From the NCBI RefSeq assembly GCF_006345805.1, contig NC_043008.1:69998001-70062000 (forward strand): 64,000 bases of DNA. Reading direction: 5' to 3'. A program made the position numbers and the translations under genes. The stretch's first letter is position 1. The number at the start of each line of letters is the position of its first letter. The stretch comes from Octopus sinensis (lineage: Eukaryota). The notes below the pieces were generated by a model. It saw only the letters and a program-made list of their open reading frames with translations, made no database searches and had not been told where the DNA came from. Below are positions 1-11,075 of the stretch, in pieces.

Positions 1-470
1 TGTCAACTCTCTAATTATTTATTCCTTCATGCCTTTATTTATATATTTATGATTTTTTTTCCCTTGAGATGGTGCGAGTTGAGTAGGTCTGTAAATGTAG
101 ACATTTGTTTCAGCACCTGAAATCCCTGAAATTAATATCTTGTCTATAATAATTGCCCTAAAACTTCCCATGTTAGTCATGCATTCATTCTATATTTGTT
201 GATTGTGTGCTTCAATGATGGATGTTATCATTTTTTTCTTCTTTTTTTAGTTTTCTCCTGCTTAGAGTATCAGTACTAAGAGTTTTGACTAAAGACTAAA
301 GCTACCTCTCTGTTTCTCGGTTATAATACAATATAGAGTAATGATTGCACATGAATTTAATATCTATTGATCATCACAATCATCAACATTGTTGACAACA
401 GTAGTAGTCCCCATTGTTATTATCATCATCATCACCATCATAATCATTGTCATTATCATCATCATTGTCC

Positions 471-501
<31 letters not shown>

Positions 502-965
502 GCCTGATAACAGTGATAAGAATAAGTGAGAGTAGCTATAACAGCAACAGCAACTACAAAAACTGACACTAACACCAAAAGTAGCTTTTCCATGCTTGTT
601 TGGGGCAGACAATTCATTGAGGCAAATTTACTATAGTTGGTTGCTCTTCTTTTTGCCAATCCTCATCTACTTCCAAGCTAGGTAATATTTCTCTAAATTC
701 TGTGAACATGAACATCATAATGACCTGACAAGTTTTTCATGAAAGATTGCAAATGATTGGCACCACTCACATGATTGTGACATTTGTTTGCAGTTAGTGC
801 TTGATACACATACATGCACACATATACGTACATTCACACAGATGTGCTTATAAATGTATGTGCATGAGTGTAAAATTTAAACAAGTAACAGATATTATTG
901 CCATAAAAAGGCTAAAAAATTAATCCCCAAACTGAATCTTGTCTTATACTTCCTTATCAATAATC

Positions 966-1170
966 TTTTCTACTATAGGCACAAAGCTTGAAATTTTGGG
1001 GACAGAGCTAGTCAAATATATTGATCCCTGCACTTGTACTTATTTTATCCATCCCAAAAGGATGAAAGCAAAGTCAGCCTTGATGGAATTTGAACTCAGA
1101 ATGTAAAGGTAGTTGAAATACTGCAAAGCATTTTGTCCAGTGTGCTAAGGATTCTGCCAATTCACCACTT
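966..1170 (-). mobile_element. tRNA-derived SINE, family B (GGCGGCGAGCTGGCAGAA head), diverged copy
   Basis: Reverse complement matches the family B copies at 2923-3357 and 34621-34847, including the B-box-like GAGTTCAAATTCC and the CCTATAGTAGAAA tail. Confidence 0.75.
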
Positions 1171-1399
1171 TAACTTACTTATTAATAATAAATATACACT
1201 CACATGGATAAACAGAGTGAATATTTCATATAAAAAAATCAGTTGCTAGTACCACTGGTCATAGATTATTCCTATATTTCCACTAATGAAATCTATTTTT
1301 CCAAAACATACAGAATTATCTTCTTTTGTTTGGAGAATATGCTTCTTTCTATGGCTGTGTTCCAACCCAGGCTGCAGCAACAAAGTCCACCCACCATAC

Positions 1400-1740
1400 T
1401 TTTTGGTCCTTCATCACTGCCTTGATGTCATGGATACATTCCAGACCAGTGTCTGCAATCAAGTTGTTGATGTGTGATGACGTTTTCCTCTTCTTTCATC
1501 ACCATGAAGTGGGTTACTCAAGACTAATTTGGATACAGTGACCAGATAATTGCAGCTGTCTTCACCTGATCTTCTCGTAAACTTTTGGCAGGTCTCCATA
1601 AAGGCATTCATTTGTCATATATTGCTGCCATTTCACATTTAGGGCCATTCACAGCATCCTTGTGTAACATCCATTTAGCCTGTTTGATAACTTCTTTGTC
1701 AGTGTCCATGTTTCACTGCCATATAATAACACTAATTCGA
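1400..1740 (-). pseudogene. Decayed RTE-clade LINE, C-terminal ORF fragment
   Basis: Minus translation gives LLYGSETWTLTKKLSNRLNGCYTRML*MALNVKW...TNECLYGDLP, the typical RTE post-RT region, with in-frame stops. Confidence 0.8.
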
Positions 1741-2159
1741 CAGCTGCAATGAATGAGTGAGCTTATTTGCATAAATCAGTCCCATGTCCATGACTAGTAT
1801 TTTGTTTTATGAATCCCAGGACGACAAGGTCAAAATTGACCATGGTAGGATTTGAACAAAAGTCATTGTGAATCATGGCTCTGCATTGTGCCTAATATCT
1901 CTCATTATGATCCATGTTAAAGTAACCTTTGAACATTAGTGTCTTGTGTCCTTCAGGTTTTAGGGACAGTTACCTGGTTTCCATGGTGAATAAGTGACTG
2001 AGATCACAACATACCACCTGAATGATATGCCGGTCTGTTGCAGGATTACCCAGTTACAGCTTAGTAAACCAGAACAACATGAAATGAAGAATTTTGGTTA
2101 AGATGTGGGAATTAAAAACACAATCTTGTAATTGTGAGTGCAATATCTGCAGGATTTTA

Positions 2160-2874
2160 CTGCAGATGAATCTTGGTAATGACTGAAGAAAGGAGAACTC
2201 ATGGAAAGAGAAGGACTCATTTTGGCTGCTCAAAGTCAGTCATGATGAACAAATGAAATATGTTATGTGCAGAATGTGTAAAAAGGAAGATGAGACCATT
2301 GTGTTCATAATTACTTGTTCTTTGGCAAAGAAATATAAACAGAGACATGATCATGCAGCCAGAACATTATACTGGGATATATTACATCAAAGAGGTTTTG
2401 ATGTAAGCTGAACAGGATACGGTCACCAACTTGGAAGCATGACAAAGAATGACCAGTTTAAGATATTATGGGACTTTATTGTACAGACTGACCATGAAAT
2501 TCAAGGAAAACAACAAGATATTATCATCTGGGACAAGGTGTTAAAAGAGTGCATCTTCACGGATATGGCTGTTTCTGCTGATATGAATGTAGTTGTCTGA
2601 TAACAGGGGAAAAAAACCCCTGAAAATAGCGAAATTTAGCTAGGTAAATGCAAAGATTGTGGAGGATTTCTGCAAAAGTAATCCTAGGTACTGTTAATAC
2701 ACTTGGTAGCTTCCTTACTGAGGTCTCAGTAACTATAAGAACTATTAATACAGAAATCTACTCTGTTAGAAAGAGCAAGGATTGTTTGAAAGGCCCTCAA
2801 TATCCAAGGAAATTAGATGTGATCTGCTATCAAGGACATCGATTCCAGATGTAACACTTTTGAGCATACCATTA

Positions 2875-2906
<32 letters not shown>

Positions 2907-2915
2907 TAATCATAA
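2160..2915 (+). mobile_element. Decayed RLE-type (R4/NeSL-like) non-LTR retrotransposon 3' part with (AAT)n tail
   Basis: Translates to CRMCKKEDETIVFIITCS (zinc knuckle), KQRHDHAA, QDIIIWDK..DMAV (restriction-like endonuclease) with stops and frameshifts; (AAT)n at about 2875-2915. Confidence 0.75.
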
Positions 2916-2922
2916 TAACAAT

Positions 2923-3357
2923 CTTTTCTGCTATAGGCACAAGGCCTAAAATTTTTAGGGGAGGTGGTTAGTTGATTACATCGACCCCAGTACTCAACTG
3001 GTACTTATTTTATCGACCCTGAAAAGATGAAAGGCAAAGTTGACTGTGGTAGAATATGAACTCAGAATGTAAAGATGGATGGAATGCTGCTGAGCATTTT
3101 GCAAGACAAGGTAATGATTCTGCCAGCTTGCTGCCTTAATAATTCTTTCTGCTAAAGGTACATGACCTGAAATTATGGAGGAGGAGACTAGTTGATTACA
3201 TCAACCCCAGTGCTCGACTGGTATTTCTTTCATTGACCCTGAATGGATAAAAAGCAAAGTCAACCTCAGTGGAATTTGAACTCAGAACATAGACATGGAC
3301 AAAATGCCACTAAGCATTTTACCTAGCATGCTAATGATTCTGCCAGCTTGCTGCCTT
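2923..3357 (-). mobile_element. Two head-to-tail family B SINEs
   Basis: Two successive copies (2923-3137, 3144-3357), each ending on the plus strand in ATTCTGCCAGCTTGCTGCCTTA (reverse complement of the head). Confidence 0.8.
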
Positions 3358-3479
3358 AGTGATAAAAAAAATAATAATAATGATGATGATAATGGTGATG
3401 ATGATGATGATGATATGTGCATCAGGGTAGGCCTGGTCATAATCCAGCAACTGCTAGCCATGCTACAAGACATAGGTGG

Positions 3480-3725
3480 AGTAAAGAAGTAAACATAATT
3501 ATTAGGGAGTGTTACTACCAGAGCACCCCTGTGGAAAAAGATCAGGGCAAGTGTGAAGGTAGAACACCTACAAAAATCAACGTTGCTTGGAACTGCAAGA
3601 ATTCTTCACTGGGTTCTTGAAGCATGATCAGAAAGCAAGTGTCACCTTAGTCCGCTGGCTGTAGACAGCTGACACTTTCCATCATTCCCAGTAAAATAAG
3701 CTTATATTTTTCATATAATAATAAT
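3480..3725 (+). mobile_element. 3' end of an RLE-type LINE
   Basis: EHLQKSTLLGTARILHWVLEA* resembles the R4/NeSL C-terminus; followed by a short UTR and ATAATAAT. Confidence 0.6.
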
Positions 3726-4733
3726 TTCTTAGAAAAACACAAACACTGCAACATAAAATTTCTTTTGTACTTGAATTTTTTTTGCTCAACCCCTTATATA
3801 TCAATAGAAAATCTTATTTAACTTTAGTTTATATTTCTAATTAGGAGCAGGAAAAACAAATCTATAAATTTTCATTGGGACTGGAATATTGGATATATGC
3901 AAACACAATAACGTATATGTACAAACACATATATTGTACATGCTACTATGCACACACACACACACACATGTAAGCACACATTCTCTCTCACACATACATA
4001 TATGCATTCACAGACACATACTCATGTACATATTTACATATAGGCCAACGAGGAATGATTCCAGTCAAAAACTGCAACGCTCTCCAATGCTCACTCATCT
4101 GATATCAGTGTTGATAGGAAAGCCTAGAATTTCATTCTGTAATATATCAATAAGTGTATGTGAATGCATGCATGTATATAATGTATGTTATGTGTGTGTA
4201 TATATGAATACACAGACATACATATGTACAAGAATATATGTATATATATGTGTGTGTGTGTATATGTTTATCTGTAAAGGAGTAGGGTGTATATAAATAT
4301 TTATCATAATCTTCATAAATATTAATATAATTTTACATGAGTTCAATGAAGATGTACACTGACTAATTTCTCTTTCTGATTTCTTTTGAAAATTGTTTAT
4401 TCTAGCACGTTTGTGTGTATGTAATGAGTATACATACATACAGATGCACACACACAAACACACAAACATAATGTACGTGTATATATGTATACACACACAA
4501 TGTGTGTGTGCATATATCATCATTGAGATCAATATGTTTATATATACATATATGTGTAGGTGAATGTGAATAGACTCTTTCTGTGTATATGAGCACAATC
4601 AAGCATATATATAAGGTTGCATGTGTACAATAAGATACACTCATATATATGAGTATATGTGTGTGTGTGTGTATCTATATGTATATACATATGAATATAT
4701 ATGTACTCACACGCATAAATATATATGTACACA

Positions 4734-4774
<41 letters not shown>

Positions 4775-5599
4775 GCATACATATACATATGTATGTATAA
4801 TACACACATATATATGTGTGTGTGTGTGTGTATGTACATATGTGCAGACATATAGTAAGAGGCAAGTGAACGAGAGAAAATCATTGAGAAAACTAGAGAG
4901 ATGGTAAAGGAGGTGGAGAAAATTATTTTTACATATTTGCTAAATCCTTTGGAATTGGAATCCGATAAGGGTTTCCTAAGTACAAGAACACAGGAATGAA
5001 GATAAGATGTAAATCTTTGAGAACGATGTATGTTCGAAGGATTAATTCAATTTAAATAGAATTATTTAAGTGAAATTATATATTTCATATTTTGTTTACA
5101 TTAATTTTCTTTTAAATAACATACTGTCCTCTGTGACATGCACGATTACAAACACTCTGTGTTATTTTGTGCGTGTATGTGTGTAGATGTGTCTGTTTTA
5201 TGCTATGTGTGTATATACGCATATATATATACATATGTATATATATGTGTGTGTGTGTATATATATATATAGAGATAGAGATAGATAGATAGATAGATAG
5301 ATAGCGCTATGCCTGTATATCTGTATATATACATGTTTATATATATGCATATATGCACACTCATACCCACTCACAGCTATAGATGTGTATATAATATGTA
5401 TGTATGTATGTATATATGTATGTATAACCCATGCTAGCATGGAAAGCGGACGTTAAATGATGATGATGATGATGTGTGTGTGTGTATGTATATATACATA
5501 TATACATACCTGTGTGTGTATAGTTTTTAGTGTTTTGCTTGTTTCAGCTTATTGGCTGCAATGCTAGAATGTGCGTTGCCATTATTATTCCTGGCATTT

Positions 5600-7790
5600 C
5601 CATTATCCTCTCTTTGTGGTTGGTCTCTGATGAATGATGAGTCTTAAGACCTCTGTCTTCACATGCATTTCTAGCTGTGACTTAGTTTTGTCTGAAGTCT
5701 CAGATTTTTCTATAAATACTCTCTCTCCGCTCTTAATTTTTTTGGTAATACACTAAAGTTTTGTTGATCTAAACTGATACAGTCCCAGAACCTAACCATT
5801 AAGAAGGTGAGTGAGACCTTTAGTACAGTGTAATAGCATCCATTTCCGTCATTGCTGTAGCTTTCAATCCCAGATTTTGGCGTGAAACTCTGCAGTATCT
5901 TCTGTATATATCACTACATATGTTTCCTGCCTTTTTACCCGGAAGACGGATCTTAATTCTTTCAGCTCTCTTAATCCTTTGTTGCAATGAGTCAACATTC
6001 TTGGTTTTGATAGCGTTGAATTGCTTTAAGTTCCTCCATTACTTTGCTAAGTTAGAGCATTCAGAGCTATCTGCACTTTGCTAACAGTCCAGATAGCTAA
6101 AAACAAATGTCTTCCACAGGACCAGCATGGTTTCCAGTTCTGTTACTCTGAACAAGCCTGGAATTCATCTATCCATTTGCCTGCATATTGTTACATCTTT
6201 GTAATATCCACCTCAGACAAAGCATCATTATTGATATTAACTTCCAGCCTCATGCACTGATAATATGCTCTGGGATTGTTTTCCCTCATGAGATTGCAGC
6301 TGAGTTCTTGAATTTTTGCAACATTAAACTGCATGTTCTTTACTTCAGCCCATTTGTATATTGCACTAAGATCTCTTTGTAGATTTGTGGCATCATCACA
6401 GTTCTTGATTGTCTGTCATATTTTTGTATCATCAATAAATCTAGTGAGAGTAGCTGTTTGTATGACTAAGGGCATGTTCAAGAGAGCCACCACATTTCGC
6501 AATAGTCCCAAAATGTTTCCCTGAGGGTCTCCTCTCAAAATTAATATCTTTTCTGAAGGAGCTACATTGACTGCAACTGCCTGACATCTCATTTTCAGAA
6601 ATTCTGTACCTATTCTAGTTTCTCAACCATACTGAGACCATGTTGTTTATGACATGTCATTCCCTCATCAGCTTTATTGATGGTCTTTGTAAAGTTGAGA
6701 GATATCACAACCACTCCACTCTTATATGAATGAATTACTCTACCAGTACTCAGTCATAATGCCATAATAGCTGTGCCAGATGTCTGTGAGCAAGTCATTT
6801 TCTTCTAAAAATTCTTCTAATCAGCTTTCCTCTGATAACTCACTCCATGACTTTGCTAATGTATGAAGTTTGATGATTTGTCTGTAATTTTTAGCATCTG
6901 CGCCACTTCCCCCTTTATCGATTGGGCATATTGCTTCTTCTTTCTTTTTAGCGAGTTTGCCACATGCAAGGAAGTCCTAAAAAATATCTACAATGGCTTT
7001 GCAAGAAAACAATGCATCTGTTTAAGAGAGTTATTTAAAAATCATTGATGCCTGCTACTAAATTTAAGTTCCTTTCATCTATGGTCAATGTAATTATGGT
7101 TGCCACCTCCCTATGTAGAGCTATAGTGTCAAAGAACTCATCTGGCTTATTCATTTACAAGTCTTCTAGCATGGAGATGAAATGCTTTCAAATTGTTCAT
7201 TCAATATTTCACTCATCCATTTTGGTCTGCACTAAATGACTTATTTCTTTGGGATAATGGTACCACTTTGTAATAGACTGAGGGCGATTCTTTTGCTAAT
7301 TTAAAGAAAGCTTTTGGATTCATTTAAAAATGTTTTGTAACCATGGTTTCTCTTCCTGCCTTCTTCTTTTCTTTTTTCTTTTAGTGGGACCTTTCACTGT
7401 CTTTAAGTTATTCATTTTAAATGATTAGTAATCTTTTTCTGTTTCATCAGAACATCTCTGTCTGTAAGAATAATGTCTTTCTGTTTCTAGGCTCCTTCTC
7501 TTTCAAAGAAATGTAATGTACATGGCTTGCATTATCAATATCCAGTTTAATTTTTGGAAGTTTGGGCTTAATAGTTTTTGCATTTCTTGAAGGGCATGTA
7601 TCTATGATTGTTTTTGGATCACACATTGTTTAATTCTACCATGTTTATAATCTGAGAATGTCTTTGGTGTCACTTTCATATGTATGTTGTCTGTAGAGCA
7701 GAGATCCAAAATATTGTTGCTCTTGGTTCTGTGGAGCATCATTTGTTCCATAAAGAGTATTTTTGAGAGATCAAGTACTTGTCTTTATTC
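5600..7790 (-). pseudogene. Highly decayed CR1/L2-clade LINE (endonuclease remnant plus RT)
   Basis: Minus-strand motifs VVISLNFTKT (about 6690, cf. VIYLDFSKAFD), GDPQGNILG (about 6510, cf. GVPQGSVLGP) and RFIDDTK (about 6430, cf. FADDTK) in correct order, with many stops. Confidence 0.7.
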
Positions 7791-8216
7791 ATGGAAAAAC
7801 ATTTCTGACAGAACCAGAATGTGAGGGTGAAAGAAAAGGGAGTCTGGTAGTTAAAACAATGATGAAGGGTGAAGAGGTAATAAAAGAGGAGGTAATGTCA
7901 GAGAGACAAAGGTGGCAGCTATATACATGTGGGAAAAGAAAGAGTGAGAGAGAAGGAGGCAGGCTGATGGAAGATGGAGTAATGAAAGTGAGAGTGTAAC
8001 AGACGAGAGAGAGAGAGATGTGTGTGTCAACAGTGACTGATAGAGGAGTAATGTAAGAGACAGAGAATGATGGATAGTACTTGTGACTGGTGATAGTTAA
8101 GATAGAGGGAGTGATTTGATGTCATCGCTGAGGGGCCTTGTGTAAGTACTTCATATATAAATGTATATATCACATGACCACAGCCATATGGCTGAAATGA
8201 GTAAAAGTGTAAATGA

Positions 8217-8265
<49 letters not shown>

Positions 8266-8271
8266 ATATAT

Positions 8272-8314
<43 letters not shown>

Positions 8315-8689
8315 ATGTATGTAATACAGGTAGTTAGGGTAAATCCCAGCTGTTTTCTCTTGAAATGTATCTGCTTATTCTATTATTACAATCCAGTATG
8401 TGGTCACAGTTGCTGCTGTATTTTAGTCTAAATACATATTAAAACTGAGAATTATGGAAATATTATTTACAGTGTTATTGTATAACAAAACATGAAAGTG
8501 GAAATTTTTTGGTATTTATTATCTATATAATATACTTTTTTATCTTTGCCTGAAGATTTTCTAATAGGAAATTTCTTGCATGTTTATTTAACATATAAAA
8601 TTCTGTAATTCTTATTAGTAAATGAAACACGTGTAATGGAGAATAAATGATATCAAAGAAATTTCTACTTATATGTTTTGTTATATGTG

Positions 8690-9210
8690 GTAACAGGACA
8701 AGGCAGTTGCTATTGTCTCATCTAGCTGTCTTCTTTGTAGAATGTGATAGAATCATACTGTACAGAAAAGATTTCTTTGATCCACCAGGCTTATCAATGA
8801 AAAAGTTCTTAAGTTCTTGGTAGATTCTCATCACAAATATCTTCTTTGTAAACGTAAATTGCTTGTTTAATGACCTGGAAGGTTGCTTTTTGACTGCAAT
8901 TTAATTTTTTAACGTTTTCCTTGAAGAAACCGATCTGGACATGCCTGTTAAAAATTTCTAAGATCTTGCAGAATGAACGTATTTAAAAAAATTTTTTGAT
9001 GCTGATGTTTTTAGTTATTCATGTTTGGCGAAGTCATGGGTCGATAATTGTTTTATGTTGAAATATTTTCTCTTAAAATTAGTCCAATTTTCTGCAAAGT
9101 ATGTTGCCATATGTTATCAGGGATATCTTGTATGTCAAATGGATATATTTCATTTTCAAACAGTTGCTTTTCAAAAGCTGTAAATAATTTGTCAGATTCA
9201 AACAAAATAG
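8690..9210 (-). pseudogene. Helitron PIF1-type helicase remnant
   Basis: Minus translation LNCSQKATFQVIKQA...FFIDKPGGSKKSFLY (8761-8804), matching the Helitron helicase motif I FFIDGPGGTGKTFLY; stops present. Confidence 0.7.
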
Positions 9211-9215
9211 CATGC

Positions 9216-9301
<86 letters not shown>

Positions 9302-10078
9302 ATAGATAAAGATAAGATAGATACATACCAGCCATGGAAAAATGGACGTTGAACTTTGATGATGCACACTCATAAACAAACATATATATATATACACACA
9401 CACACACCCACAGATGTATTAACACAGCAGGGTTATGAATAAATATGTATTAGGAAATCATATACTGTATATGGTTAGCAAATATATCTAATGTAATGTC
9501 TCTGTGAAAATCTTAACTGTTGATAAACCACCGTAACAACTTCCAGTGGTTTATTCAGTTCGTTATGATTTCACACTGAGCATCTGACAAATCTCGTGTT
9601 TCTACATCTCATTAGAAATCACTTAGACAAACACACGCATGCGCATACACACACACACTCTCTCTCTCTCTCTGCCATGCAATCGCACACACATCATCAC
9701 CTCCTGGCTCTTCCTCTATCATCACTTTGTTAGGTCACCATGCTTTCTGTCATTAGTCATCTCTCTTTCATGCATCCCTCTTATCTCTACCATTCATACC
9801 TCAATCATTCATGTCCCCTAATACACAAATCACTATTTCTTCTGCCTCTTTCACTCCTGTCCCTATTACTTACACCTCTTTCACAGCCATCTCTATTGTT
9901 CTCTTGCTTTTATCAATCATGCTTATTACTTACTCAAGCCATTATCACACATACCTTTACTATTCATGCCTGTCTGATACTTATGGCTGTACATCTCACT
10001 CATGTCTGTCAGTCTCAGTTGTGCCTGTCAATCTCAGCCGTACCTGTCTGTCTCGGTCATGTCTGTCAGTCTGTCTGT

Positions 10079-10169
10079 GTCAGTCATGCTTGTCTGTGTC
10101 AGTCATGCTTGTCTGTGTCAGTCATGCTTGTCTGTGTCAGTCATGCTTGTCTGTGTCAGTCATGCCTGT
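10079..10169. repeat. 19-bp minisatellite GTCAGTCATGCTTGTCTGT, 4 perfect copies plus 1 partial
   Basis: Read directly; it sits in a wider degenerate TCAT/TCAC/TGTC low-complexity tract at about 9800-10320. Confidence 0.9.
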
Positions 10170-11020
10170 TTATAACTTGTGATTGTCTATTACTCATGAC
10201 TGTCTATCACTTGTGACTGCTTATCATTCATGACTGACTATCACTTGTGTCTCTATCACTCATGACTTTCTATCACTCATGTCTCTCTCACTCATGCCTC
10301 TATCGCTCACACCTCTGTTTCTTGAGTTTGGTGTCCCTAGAGCAGGACACCAGACTCAAGCTGTACATCCCAGAACAGAGATGACTACATCATGAACACT
10401 GGGATAAGGTGCTAATCTATTTCAGTTAACATTTCTTGGTGACCTGAAACTCATTTGTCACAGATATCAGAACAGAGAAGTCACTAAATGCATGTAATAT
10501 TAAACCATAGCTCCAATATAACCTTATTATATTAAGTTATGTTTCACTATTACATTGTGTTTTCCTGGTTTTAATGTCTTATGTTTTCCTGGTAAAACCT
10601 ACAAAAATAAAGTCAAAGTCAGTTGTGGCCAATGGGATTTTGTTTCAGGATTGAACAGGATGAAACTAAACATTATTTATGTCCTTACATCATCTCATAA
10701 TATAAAAACATTCATTGATGATCCTCTGCAGTAATTTAGAACTGTTTAATATTTCCAGTTGACCCATGGAGGAATTTTATGGAGTTAATGGCTTAGCTCC
10801 TTGGTTTAATGATACTAAGGGGATAATCTAAAGTTACTCTTGAATATGATTATGGTATATCACAGCTAATATTCCCATAGCAGCCAGGCAAACTGTGGCA
10901 ATGCATTGCTATTTGTTCTTCATGAAACACAATATTCTTGTGGTGAGTTTGAACTCAACATCTATGAGTGGGGAATGCTAGAAATATAAACAAATTATAC
11001 AAAAAATGTATCTATGTATA

Positions 11021-11051
<31 letters not shown>

Positions 11052-11075
11052 GTATATATGTATGTATATGTATAT

